DNA of 64,000 bases, taken from contig CAJADV010000085.1 in the NCBI GenBank assembly GCA_903938575.1, positions 9,491 to 73,490 on the forward strand, written 5' to 3'. The translations under genes were made by a program, and so were the position numbers. The notes under the pieces were generated by a model. The model made no database searches, had not been told where the DNA came from, and was given only the letters and a program-made list of their open reading frames with translations. Origin of the DNA: an uncultured Gammaproteobacteria bacterium (lineage in GTDB: Bacteria; Pseudomonadota; Gammaproteobacteria; Pseudomonadales; UBA5518). This document shows, one piece after another, positions 23,040 to 32,397 of this stretch; position 1 is the first letter of the stretch; each line of letters starts with the position of its first letter.

Positions 23040-23291
23040 TCAACGCTGCTTGTACTGCGTCGGGGAGTAGCCGCGACTGATTTCAGGATTTCGCAGTTTC
23101 AGATGTTTTGATGCACGCCCGCTGACGCGCTCACGCCACAATTCAAAGCTGCCACGCTTCAGGGAACTGCGCATCAGAAGGATCACCTGCGACTCATTCA
23201 AGCCAAATTGCTGTTCAATCGCTTCAAACGGCGTACGGTCTTCCCACGCCATTTCTATGATTCTGGAGCTTTCTTGTTCGGTTAACGACAT
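23040..23291 (-). CDS. DUF2805 / TIGR03643-family small protein
   Basis: The 83-aa sequence IIEMAWEDRTPFEAIEQQFGLNESQVILLMRSSLKRGSFELWRERV matches my recollection of that family. It lies in an AT-richer patch. Confidence 0.7.
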   Translation of the reverse strand: MSLTEQESSRIIEMAWEDRTPFEAIEQQFGLNESQVILLMRSSLKRGSFELWRERVSGRASKHLKLRNPEISRGYSPTQYKQR

Positions 23292-23418
23292 TCTGGAGCT
23301 CCTCTAATTACCTCTAGTATTGATCCCGGATGTCCTCGGGCTTCGCCTTGAGAGCGCTCTCCATGCCCACCTCGCCCTGATCTCCGAGCTTTTTACATCC
23401 AGGATCAGGATGAAAAAC

Positions 23419-24102
23419 TCAGTTGCTGCCGTTTCCTGTCGAATGCCCACACAGGCTCACAAACTCAGGTACAGCCCCTGGGGAGCCAGGCAGATCATTC
23501 CAATAGGGTGAGGCAGGCGTAATCGGAGTCATGTAGGTGGGGCCGTGCGTGATGAACGCGGCGCCGTCCTGGACGATGGTGCTGGCCAGCACCATGGTTA
23601 ACCACTTGCCATTTACGCGTGACATGTAGGAAACCGGCCACGGCTGTGCCGCGACACCGGTAGCAGGGGTTACCACCGTTAGCGATATCTCACCCCGTGG
23701 TGCGATGGTCCCGAACATGTCCTGGCAGCTAATGGGCAAATCCAGGCCGGCGGGCTGAGTCGTGAACTGTGTGACCATCCATCCGGAAAAGACGCCCCGA
23801 TGGGATTGTTCGATGTAATAGATGGTCTGCTGATCGACAGGCTGAACAGTGGATCCTGCATGGAACTGTGCAGGCAGTGCGTCGGTGGGAACGTACCAAT
23901 ACGTTCCGGTCAACAGCTTGTCCCAACGGTACGCATCCTGCGCCTTGCCGATGCCGGGCGTAGTGATGGCACCAGTCTTTCCTGATTGAGGCGCTGGCTC
24001 TCCGAAGCTTCCGCTAGCGCCCATACCCAGCGTAATGGCGATGGCTGTTCTCACGGCGCACATGAAGCCGCTGCCAATTGATGATCTTGAATAACGTTCC
24101 AT
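23419..24102 (-). CDS. Hypothetical secreted protein, no recognisable family
   Basis: Start at ATG 24102 with an AGGAG SD. N-terminal hydrophobic signal-like segment (FMCAVRTAIAITLGMGASG). Codon usage is AT-richer than the flanking core genes. Confidence 0.55.
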   Translation of the reverse strand: MERYSRSSIGSGFMCAVRTAIAITLGMGASGSFGEPAPQSGKTGAITTPGIGKAQDAYRWDKLLTGTYWYVPTDALPAQFHAGSTVQPVDQQTIYYIEQSHRGVFSGWMVTQFTTQPAGLDLPISCQDMFGTIAPRGEISLTVVTPATGVAAQPWPVSYMSRVNGKWLTMVLASTIVQDGAAFITHGPTYMTPITPASPYWNDLPGSPGAVPEFVSLCGHSTGNGSN

Positions 24103-24544
24103 GAGGGTCTCCTGATGCCTGCTCACGATAGGCTGAAATCACTGAGCTATGCCATGAAAAATGGCAGACCTGCCCGCAGTAAGAGTGTATAAGTTATACG
24201 GGTTGTAAGTGAGGGATCTACCTCACCTTTTACACCACCCTAGTTGCTTCTTGGACCTCGTCGCGATGGCATCGGGGTCAGCGCAGCACCACCTCCTGCC
24301 GAGCCCTATGCAGCCTGATCTCACGAGGCTGCATGTCGGTGGAGATTTGCAACGGAGCCTACTGCCCGGCTGGCGGATGGCGCCAAACGGAAACAGTTCT
24401 GCAGCAGTCCAATCAGGCCGAGCGGACATACGTGTTTCCGCGGGCATTAAAATCAAACCAAGTGAAGGAATTTTATGAAAAAAATCGGACTCCGAATTTA
24501 CGAAGCCTATCAGTACATTTTTGACTCCAGTAAAAACCCGCTAA

Positions 24545-25777
24545 GGAAACACTGATTTATTCAGCGGATCCGCGCGCTTCAGCATGGCGGTAGTCGATAA
24601 TAGAGCGACACGATACATGACGTGGTCCTCGATGAAGCAGATCAGCTTTTCTGACGCGGAGTTCGCTGCAAAGCGTAAGGTCACGCGGCGCGAGCGGGTG
24701 TTGTCGGAGCTCGATGCGGCGGTTCCGTGGTCTGCAGTCGCTGCGGTGATTGAACCGCACTATCCGAAGGGTATCGGCGCCGGTCGCCCGCCGATCGGCC
24801 TGGAGCGGATGCTGCGGATGTATGTCGCCCAGCAGGTTCTTGGCCTCTCTGACGAAGGCATCGAGGATGCGATTTACGACAGCCAGTCGGTTCGTGGTTT
24901 CGTCGGCATTGATCTCGCTGTCGAATCGGCTCCGGATGCGACGACGCTGTTGAAGTTCCGTCGTCTGCTCGAGGGCGCAAAGCTGACCAAGGAGCTTTTC
25001 AAGGCGATCAATAGGCGTCTCGCCGACAAGGGCTTGCTCCTGCGCAATGGCACGATCGTGGATGCCACGCTGATCGCGGCAGCGCCCTCCACCAAGAACA
25101 AAGACAAACAACGCGACCCGGAGATGCACCAGTCCAAGAAGGGCAACCAGTGGTTCTTCGGGATGAAGGCGCATATCGGCGTCGATGCCGAGTCGGGGCT
25201 GGTGCACAGCGTGGTCGGCACGGCCGGCAACGTGGCAGATGTCACGCAGGTTGACCAGCTGCTGCACGGTGAAGAGCAGTGCGTGTTCGCGGATGCCGGA
25301 TACACCGGTGCCGAGAAGCGTGAAGCGGTTGCGGACAAGGACCTTGGTTGGTACATCGCGCGCAAGCGAGGTGTGATCACGAAGGCGAAGCAGGGCGGCG
25401 CGTATCGCAAAGCACTGGAAGCTGTCGAGCGTGCGAAGGCCTCTGCCCGCGCGCTCGTCGAACATCCGTTCCATGTGATCAAGAACCTGTTCCGCCATCG
25501 CAAGGTGCGGTATCGCGGGATCGAGAAGAACACCGCCCAGCTCTACACGCTGTTTGGTCTGGCGAATCTGGTGCTCTCGCGTAGAAAGCTGTCGCCGCAT
25601 TGTGGGGTTACTGCGCCTGCAGCGTGAGGAATCGGGCGAAACAGCCCGGAAAACGGGCTGAAAACGAGGCGCGAAGTCATGGAATTGGCATACCGGTGCG
25701 GTAATCGCACGATTCCGACGACTTGGTCTCTGATCTTGCCTCGCGCTCGCGGAAATCATGAATAGTTCAGCGTCTCC
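24545..25777 (+). mobile_element. IS5-family insertion sequence (1233 bp) with imperfect terminal inverted repeats
   Basis: Left end GGAAACACTGATTTATTCA vs reverse complement of the right end GGAGACGCTGAACTATTCA (15/19 by hand; 23/33 when extended). Flanked by CTAA (24541-24544) and CTAG (25778-25781), resembling the IS5 YTAR 4-bp target. Confidence 0.8.
24632..25627 (+). CDS. IS5-family DDE transposase
   Basis: MKQISFSDAEFAAKRKVTRRERVL..., DATLIAAAPSTKN, FGMKAHIGVD, ADAGYTG and VEHPFHVIKNLF...RYRGIEKN are hallmark IS5-group motifs. An upstream ATG at 24584 is an alternative start. Confidence 0.9.
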   Translation: MKQISFSDAEFAAKRKVTRRERVLSELDAAVPWSAVAAVIEPHYPKGIGAGRPPIGLERMLRMYVAQQVLGLSDEGIEDAIYDSQSVRGFVGIDLAVESAPDATTLLKFRRLLEGAKLTKELFKAINRRLADKGLLLRNGTIVDATLIAAAPSTKNKDKQRDPEMHQSKKGNQWFFGMKAHIGVDAESGLVHSVVGTAGNVADVTQVDQLLHGEEQCVFADAGYTGAEKREAVADKDLGWYIARKRGVITKAKQGGAYRKALEAVERAKASARALVEHPFHVIKNLFRHRKVRYRGIEKNTAQLYTLFGLANLVLSRRKLSPHCGVTAPAA

Positions 25778-25781
25778 CTAG

Positions 25782-25925
25782 GGGATGATCATTGCGACAT
25801 GCAATCGCCTCATCCACGGGTATCTGGGCATCGACAACGACACGCTTTGGAGCATCATCCGAGAGGATATGCCCGAATTGCTGTCGCGACTGCAGACGCT
25901 CCGGCACTCTCGCGAACAACGCTAG
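25782..25925 (+). pseudogene. C-terminal relic of a HepT-like HEPN (DUF86) toxin gene
   Basis: Hand translation gives GMIIATCNRLIHGYLGIDNDTLWSIIREDMPELLSRLQTL...*, which matches the DUF86 C-terminus (RNxLxHxYxGID..xxW). The Arg of the Rx4H motif reads Cys. There is no start codon, and the N-terminal two-thirds and the MntA partner are absent. The relic begins 4 nt from the IS end. Confidence 0.55.
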
Positions 25926-26149
25926 TCGGGGACCGGTCGGTTCATCGTCGGTCACATCCGGCGCATGCCCTGAGCTGCGCGGCAACGCTTGCAAGCAGCG
26001 CGAACTTGCGCGAGGAGGCGATTTCGCCTGTTGTTGATTGACTACGATGGTGTGCATCGTGTGCTCTATTGTTCGGATAGAGAATGGTTAGAAGCAAGGT
26101 TCGAACGAGAGCGCGTTGCCAGAGAGGCTTGCGCACTAAGCAAGCGCGG

Positions 26150-27424
26150 ATGAACGAACAGGGCAGCCAAGATTTGAAACCCACCACCACTGATAAACGG
26201 GATATCCACATATTGAAAGCCTGCGGCATGAGCAGCGAGCGCCTCGCGCGCATCACGCCCTTCCTCGCGAGTTACCTGGAGAAGCGGCGCATTCCGGGAT
26301 ATGCGCTGCTGCTCGCACGGCGAGACGAAGTGGTGTTCCGCAGCGAGCAGGGCGTCAAAGACTGGGACACGCAGGAGGCGATCACGCCAGACACGATCTA
26401 CCGCATTTACTCCATGACCAAGCCCATCACCTCGGTGGCGCTGATGATGCTCTGCGAGGAGGGCCTGATTCGGCTCGAACACGAGGTGAGTCGTTACATC
26501 CCCTGCTTCGAGCACCTCGAGGTCTTCGACGGCGGCGACGCCGATACCTACCGCACGCGCAAACCCGCGCGACCCGTTCGTGTGCACGACCTCCTCACGC
26601 ACACCGCAGGCCTCACCTACGGATTCATGCACCAGCACCCGGTGGATGCGCTCTACCGTAAGCGCGGACTGGGCCAGTGGAATGCGCGCGGCGGCACGCT
26701 GGCGGAATTCGTCGAGGCACTCGCGGAATTGCCCCTACTCTTTTCACCCGGTGAGCGCTGGAACTATTCGGTGGCGACCGATGTGGTGGGGCGGTTGGTG
26801 GAGGTGGTGTCCGGCATGGCTCTGGACCGATTCCTGGAGAAGCGCATCCTCTCCCCGCTCGGCATGCGCGACACCGCGTTCTCGATCAGCGATGAGCGGC
26901 TCCCGCGCCTCGCGACCTGTTACGAAAAATCCTTCGCCGGCGGGGCCACACGCCGCCAGGACGGCGTGCAAGACAGCAGTTACCGCGGCGCGCAGAGCTA
27001 TCTCTCCGGCGGCGGAGGGCTGCTATCAACCGTCGATGATTACCTGCGCTTCAGCCAGATGCTCGCGAACGGCGGCGCGCTGAACGGCGTGCGGCTGCTC
27101 TCCCCCACCACGCTAAGGTTGATGCTGCGCAACCACTTGCCGGGCAACCAGAGTCTCGAGCACATGGGGGATTCGCTGTTCACCGAGACGCAGACCCGCG
27201 GCGCAGGTTTCGGGCTCGGCTTCTCGATCATGCTTGACGGTGTGGCGTCGCTCAGCGCCGCAGGCGCGGGCACGTATTCGTGGGGAGGCATGGCCTCGAC
27301 GTACTTCTGGGTCGATCCGGTGGAGGATCTGATCGGGATATTCATGACGCAGCTGATGCCCTCCGGGAGTTACCCCATCAGGCCGCAGATCCAGAGTCTT
27401 GCTTACGCTGCGATAGAAGAGTGA
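26150..27424 (+). CDS. Serine hydrolase of the beta-lactamase/esterase (class C / EstB-like) family
   Basis: SMTK (SxxK) nucleophile motif in YRIYSMTKPITSVALMML. YSVATD and SWGGMASTYFWVDP motifs. The start is uncertain (ATG 26084, 26150 or 26228). Confidence 0.85.
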   Translation: MNEQGSQDLKPTTTDKRDIHILKACGMSSERLARITPFLASYLEKRRIPGYALLLARRDEVVFRSEQGVKDWDTQEAITPDTIYRIYSMTKPITSVALMMLCEEGLIRLEHEVSRYIPCFEHLEVFDGGDADTYRTRKPARPVRVHDLLTHTAGLTYGFMHQHPVDALYRKRGLGQWNARGGTLAEFVEALAELPLLFSPGERWNYSVATDVVGRLVEVVSGMALDRFLEKRILSPLGMRDTAFSISDERLPRLATCYEKSFAGGATRRQDGVQDSSYRGAQSYLSGGGGLLSTVDDYLRFSQMLANGGALNGVRLLSPTTLRLMLRNHLPGNQSLEHMGDSLFTETQTRGAGFGLGFSIMLDGVASLSAAGAGTYSWGGMASTYFWVDPVEDLIGIFMTQLMPSGSYPIRPQIQSLAYAAIEE

Positions 27425-27443
27425 ACACCGGAGACCTCATGCC

Positions 27444-27700
27444 TCAAGCCTTTCGGGCGACATGGTGCAGCCTCAGGATTTCAACCTCATCACCACGCAC
27501 ACGGTAAATGGCGATGTGATTTTTGTGCAGGACCAGTTCACGGGTGCCGACGACCCGGCCTGCCCATACCGGGGTGAAGTTGCAGCCTGGACACCGCGTC
27601 CTTCAACTCCAGCACAAAGCTGGCGGCACGGCTGGGGTTGTCCTTGGCGATTAATCCAGCGATCTCATCAACGGCCGAGCAGCTGGGTCATCACGTCCGT
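27444..27700 (-). pseudogene. ParE/RelE-family toxin gene disrupted by frameshift(s)
   Basis: One frame gives ...AVDEIAGLIAKDNPSRAASFVLELKDAVSRLQLHPGMGRPGRRHP*. The continuation GTRELVLHKNHIAIYRVRGDEVEILRLHHVARKA* is in another frame. The N-terminus is also broken. Confidence 0.55.
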
Positions 27701-27839
27701 GTCCTCGATGGGCGGCAGGTCCAGCCACCAACGACAAACCTCGCCCGCAGGGCCTGCCGCTGCAAACGCTCACCGATATGGCTTCAAGCGGGCTTGGGCC
27801 TTATGCTCAGCACACAACCAATAACACCGAGAATCCTGC

Positions 27840-28451
27840 ATGAACCTCGAATCCCTCATCGACGAAGTCGCCGCACTGCGCGCCGAAGTCACGCGCCTCA
27901 CCGCCATCGAAGACGTGCGCCGCTGCAAGCACCAGTACTGGCGCTGCTTCGACACGGCCAACATCGACGGGATGCGCGAAGTGCTGCACCCCGATGTAGT
28001 GTTGAGCGTGGAAGCTGGCATCTATTCGATGCGTTACGAGGGACGTGAGCCGTATCTCGAGATGGTACGCACCGGTGCGCACGCAGACATGATCTCGCAC
28101 CACAACGGGCATCACCCGGAAATCGACATCGTCGGGCCCGAAGAGGCGATTGGCACCTGGTACCTGTACGACGATCTCTTCGAGTACCGCCGTGGCATAC
28201 GCCTTTACGGCACTGCTTTTTACCGTGACCGTTACGTCAAGCACGAAGGCCGCTGGAAGATCATCTACAGCCAGTTCCACCGGCTCTACGAGATCGTGGC
28301 CGAGCTGCCGCCGCGCGAGAGCATCCAGGCGCATTACCTCGCCACGCACGGCTACAAGCATCCCGGAACGGATCCGCTGCCTCCCTTCCCCAAGGTCAAA
28401 AGCTACAAACACGAAACCGGCGTGATGCCGCCCTTCCTCGACGCGAAGTGA
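27840..28451 (+). CDS. SnoaL-like / NTF2-fold protein
   Basis: The 203-aa sequence IEDVRRCKHQYWRCFDTANIDGMREVLHPDV...GTWYLYDDLFEY...YGTAFYRDRYVKHEGRWKI is typical of SnoaL_4-type proteins. The stop overlaps the GMC GTG start (GTGA). Confidence 0.7.
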   Translation: MNLESLIDEVAALRAEVTRLTAIEDVRRCKHQYWRCFDTANIDGMREVLHPDVVLSVEAGIYSMRYEGREPYLEMVRTGAHADMISHHNGHHPEIDIVGPEEAIGTWYLYDDLFEYRRGIRLYGTAFYRDRYVKHEGRWKIIYSQFHRLYEIVAELPPRESIQAHYLATHGYKHPGTDPLPPFPKVKSYKHETGVMPPFLDAK

Positions 28452-30004
28452 TCGACGGTCGGTGGGATGTGATCGTGGTCGGCGCCGGCTCCTCCGGCGC
28501 CGTGGTGGCCGCACGCATCACCGACGACCCTCGACTCAGGGTACTGCTGCTCGAGGCTGGACCGGAGTACTCCTCATCAGCAGCGCCGGCGGAAATGCAG
28601 CGCGGTCATTGGACCGGCATCGTCGACCGTGATCGTTTTCCCCAGTTCCAGTGGATGTCGCTCGCCGCGAAACGCAGGCCGGAACGAGATCCAGAACCGC
28701 TGTGGCAGGGACGCGGTGTAGGCGGTAGTTCTGCCATCAACGGGCAAGTTGCACTACGGCCCCCGCTGGAGGAATTCGACGAGTGGGCCGCAGCAGGCGC
28801 GCCGGAGTGGAGCGCCGCGATGGCGCTTGCGGGTTTCCGCGCCATCGAGCGCGATCTTGCCTTTGGTAATGCGCCCTTCCACGGCGATGCGGGCCCCATT
28901 CCCATCGCACGCGCAGCGTTCACCGACTGGAGTGCGCTCGACCGTGCAGTGCATTCAGCGTTCCACGCCTGCGGCCTGCCCGTGATCGAGGACTGCAACG
29001 CGCCCGGTGTGATCGGTCTCTGCGCCCTGCCCTACAACGCCCTCGACGAACGGCGCATCGCGGCTAACGAGGCCTACCTCGAGCCCATCCGCACGCGGCC
29101 CAACCTTCGGATCGTTGGGAACGCGCTGGTCGATCGCGTGGTGATCGAGTCCGGACGCGCCTGCGGTGTAATCGCGCTAATCGGCCAAGCGGAAGTGCCC
29201 ATTGCAGCGGATCGCGTGGTGCTCTCCGCCGGGGCGATTCAATCGCCCGCGATCCTGTTCCGCTCGGGCGTGGGCCCTGCGGCAGAGCTACACGCGCTGG
29301 GCATCAGGCCCCGGCTTGAGCTTCCCGTGGGACGTCGTTACCAGGAGCACCCGCATGTGTTCTTCGGCTTCCGCGTCGACCCTGCGGATGCCGTAGCACG
29401 GAATGGGCGCCACACGAACCTTTGCGCGCGTTGGTCGTCTGGCACTGCGGGAACGGGGTTCGGCGACATGATGGCCGTTGTGAACGGCCCGGCACCCGGT
29501 GCTGAACCACTGGCGGGCATCGGCTTCAGCATCAACCAGACGTTCTCGATGGGCACGCTATGCCTCGCATCGCGCGATCCGCGCATCGACCCTCGGGTAG
29601 ACATGAACCTGGCGACGGACCCGCGGGACCGTCACCGCCTGCGTGAGGCCGCTGCATTCTTCCGGCGCCTCGCAGCGACGCCCGCGCTGGCCGGTATGCT
29701 CCGGGGCGAGATCGTGGACCGCCGGGGCGAGGCCTTCCTCGCGGCATCAGACGACGCTCTCGACACGTGGATCGACGCAACCGTCGACGGGTCTGCGCAC
29801 TCCGCAGCGACCTGTCCACTGGACGCGCCGGAGCGCGCGGTGGTGGGCGCCAACGCGGGCGTGCTGGGCTTAAACGGGCTTCACGTGGTGGACATGTCGA
29901 TCACGCCCCGGAGCCCGCGCGCCAACACCAACCTCACGGCCTTCATGATCGGCGAGCATTTCGGCCGTCGCATCCGTGCACTTCACCTCCGGAGCACCGC
30001 ATGA
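28448..30004 (+). CDS. GMC-family FAD oxidoreductase (choline-dehydrogenase-like)
   Basis: WDVIVVGAGSSGAVVAARITDDP...LLLEAGPE Rossmann motif. GGSSAINGQV. C-terminal HSAATCPL...VVGANAGVLGLNGLHVVDMSITP. Confidence 0.9.
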   Translation: MIDGRWDVIVVGAGSSGAVVAARITDDPRLRVLLLEAGPEYSSSAAPAEMQRGHWTGIVDRDRFPQFQWMSLAAKRRPERDPEPLWQGRGVGGSSAINGQVALRPPLEEFDEWAAAGAPEWSAAMALAGFRAIERDLAFGNAPFHGDAGPIPIARAAFTDWSALDRAVHSAFHACGLPVIEDCNAPGVIGLCALPYNALDERRIAANEAYLEPIRTRPNLRIVGNALVDRVVIESGRACGVIALIGQAEVPIAADRVVLSAGAIQSPAILFRSGVGPAAELHALGIRPRLELPVGRRYQEHPHVFFGFRVDPADAVARNGRHTNLCARWSSGTAGTGFGDMMAVVNGPAPGAEPLAGIGFSINQTFSMGTLCLASRDPRIDPRVDMNLATDPRDRHRLREAAAFFRRLAATPALAGMLRGEIVDRRGEAFLAASDDALDTWIDATVDGSAHSAATCPLDAPERAVVGANAGVLGLNGLHVVDMSITPRSPRANTNLTAFMIGEHFGRRIRALHLRSTA

Positions 30005-30474
30005 GCACCCGCAAGCCGGTCTTCTACCATCTCTGCATCTGCGTCTCCGACCTGGAGCGGTCGCTCCGCTTCTATTGCGAGGGGCTGGGTTTCACCCGCA
30101 ACGAGAGCTTCCGGATCGGCTCCGACATGGCGCCACTGATCCAGCTCGAGGGAGAGGTGGCGCTCAGCTCGGTCTACCTCGGCCTGAGCGGCATGCGGCT
30201 CGAGCTCTGGCATTTCGAACAGCCGGTTGCGGAACGCACGGCGGCTCGGCCGATGAACAGTATCGGCCTCACCCACTTCGCGCTGCGTGTGGATGACATC
30301 GATGCCGCGATCGCCCGCGCGGAAGCTCATGGCGGACGCTGCCTGCCTGCGACACGCACGCGCGCCAACACCGACGGATTCCAGAGCGATATCGTTTATG
30401 TGCTGGATCCGGACGGAGTGCGGGTGGAACTCCTCTGGATGCCGGAGGGAACGGATCTCGCCGTGACATCCTGA
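30001..30474 (+). CDS. VOC-family (glyoxalase/bleomycin-resistance/dioxygenase) protein
   Basis: Start ATG 30001 overlaps the GMC stop (ATGA). FYHLCICVSDLERSLRFYCEGLGF...GLTHFALRVDDIDAAIARAEAHG...VLDPDGVRVEL. Confidence 0.8.
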   Translation: MSTRKPVFYHLCICVSDLERSLRFYCEGLGFTRNESFRIGSDMAPLIQLEGEVALSSVYLGLSGMRLELWHFEQPVAERTAARPMNSIGLTHFALRVDDIDAAIARAEAHGGRCLPATRTRANTDGFQSDIVYVLDPDGVRVELLWMPEGTDLAVTS

Positions 30475-30526
30475 GCCCCGACCAGCCTGCCGCAGCGGGT
30501 TGCGCGCCTTCCATGCGCACCGCTCA

Positions 30527-30790
30527 TGCACTCACCGGTGGCCCCGTCGACGGCGGACCGAGCGAGGCGGTATCGCTCTCGGCTTTCCCACGCACCTGCG
30601 CCAGGATCCGCTCGATCAGCACTGGCTCCTCGAACCTCGGCGCGGCACCAGTGCTGCCAGCCGGGCGATAAAGTCCAGTGAATCGAAAACGACATGCGTC
30701 CCGTCCCGGTACGGGATCTTCAGCAGGCACATGACCTTCCCCTGCGCAGTCACCGAGAGCCGCTTTTCGGCCACCGTCAGCTGCGCCTTG
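30527..30790 (-). pseudogene. IS91-family (Y2 HUH rolling-circle) transposase relic A, internally deleted and frame-broken
   Basis: Two frames give AEKRLSVTAQGKVMCLLKIPYRDGTHVVFDSLDFIARLAALVPRRG and then EEPVLIERILAQVRGKAESDTASLGPPSTGPPVSA. These match the IS91/ISCR motifs PYRDGTTHV.F.PLDFIARLAALVP and IEDP.VI.KIL.HL. The N-terminal catalytic part is absent. Confidence 0.65.
30528..30633. repeat. Direct repeat copy 1 (about 106 nt) shared with 35553-35658
   Basis: Gap-free hand alignment to 35553-35658 has roughly ten mismatches. The first 55 nt differ at one position. Confidence 0.8.
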
Positions 30791-31664
30791 CGACTGGCGC
30801 CGGGATCAGCCCATCCGGCCGCCAGATGAGGATGAGGATCACGAAGCCCAGCACGAAGGCATCGCGGAAAGGGAGCGCGGCATCGGGCAGAAAAGCCTGG
30901 AACAGCACCTCTAGCATGCCGAGCGCAAAGCCTCCCGCCACGGCGCCGGTGAGCGAGCCCAAGCCCCCGATGACGGCGGCGACGAAGGCCTTGAGCACCG
31001 GAACGACGCCCATCAGCGGGTCGACCGAGCCGCGCTGCGCGATCCACAATACAGCCGCCACGCCAGCAAGCGCGCCGGAAACGGCGAAGGCCACGGCGAT
31101 CACCCGGTTGGCCTTGATGCCCATCAACCGCAGCACCTGGAAGTCCTCTGCCGCGGCTCGCATCGCCTTGCCCAGCGTGGTGCGGTTGAGGAACAGGGTG
31201 AGCGCTGCAAGCGACAGCGCTGTCATGACGATCGACAGGAGCGGCACGATGCCGATGTGCAGGAAGCCGATATCAATGACGCCGGCAAAGCCCGAGGGCA
31301 GTGGCACGGGCTTGGGCCGCGCCGAAATGCCGTTCTGGAAGATCACGCGCAGGATGGCGGAGACAGCGAAACTGGTGAGCAGAAGCCCGGTCGCATCGGC
31401 TTTGCGCATGGGGCGGAATGCAAAGCGCTCGGTCAGCAGCGCCGCGATGACGGCGACTAGCACGGCGATACAGACCGCAAAAGGGAATGGCAGCGACACG
31501 GCGGCCGCGAAGAACATGCCATAGCCTGCCACGGTCATCAGCTCGCCATGCGCGAAGTTGACGAGGGAAACAATTGAGAAGACCACCGCAAGGCCCAGTG
31601 CCAGCAGCGCATAGATTCCGCCGAGACTGATGGCGTTGACGATTTGCTGCAGGACGACGTCCAT
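30777..31664 (-). CDS. livH: Branched-chain amino-acid-type ABC transporter permease (LivH-like)
   Basis: Start at internal ATG 31664 (MDVVLQQIVNAISLGGIYALLALGL...). Multi-TM with GKAMRAAAED and AAVIGGLGSLTGAV motifs. Its last codons run into IS91 relic A. Confidence 0.85.
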   Translation of the reverse strand: MDVVLQQIVNAISLGGIYALLALGLAVVFSIVSLVNFAHGELMTVAGYGMFFAAAVSLPFPFAVCIAVLVAVIAALLTERFAFRPMRKADATGLLLTSFAVSAILRVIFQNGISARPKPVPLPSGFAGVIDIGFLHIGIVPLLSIVMTALSLAALTLFLNRTTLGKAMRAAAEDFQVLRLMGIKANRVIAVAFAVSGALAGVAAVLWIAQRGSVDPLMGVVPVLKAFVAAVIGGLGSLTGAVAGGFALGMLEVLFQAFLPDAALPFRDAFVLGFVILILIWRPDGLIPAPVARRS

Positions 31665-31668
31665 AACT

Positions 31669-32370
<702 letters not shown>

Positions 32371-32397
32371 CGGGCGTCCTTCGCGTGCGGGCCAGCA

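Noticed and set aside
24103-24544. ORF-free AT-richer segment with small hairpins (for example GTGAGG-N6-CCTCAC, and the palindrome CGGACATACGTGTTTCCG), considered as an ncRNA or group II intron fragment
   Set aside because: There is no convincing domain V-like structure or other conserved RNA signature. The stems are short.
24475-24555. Short ORF left of the IS as the missing N-terminus of the HepT relic
   Set aside because: It supplies only 23 pre-IS codons where about 65 are missing. Excising the IS in silico joins it to a different frame from the HepT remnant. Its composition also differs from the right flank.
24557-25759. 400-aa minus-strand ORF spanning the IS
   Set aside because: It is antisense to the IS5 transposase, which carries the family hallmark motifs. 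It is probably a frame kept open by codon bias.
22932-27840. Direct repeat of the tRNA-Ser 3' end (att site) and an integrase marking a classical genomic island
   Set aside because: Scanning by eye found no copy of GGTTCGAATCCCACCCTCTCC downstream and no integrase ORF. The island interpretation is kept only as an inference.
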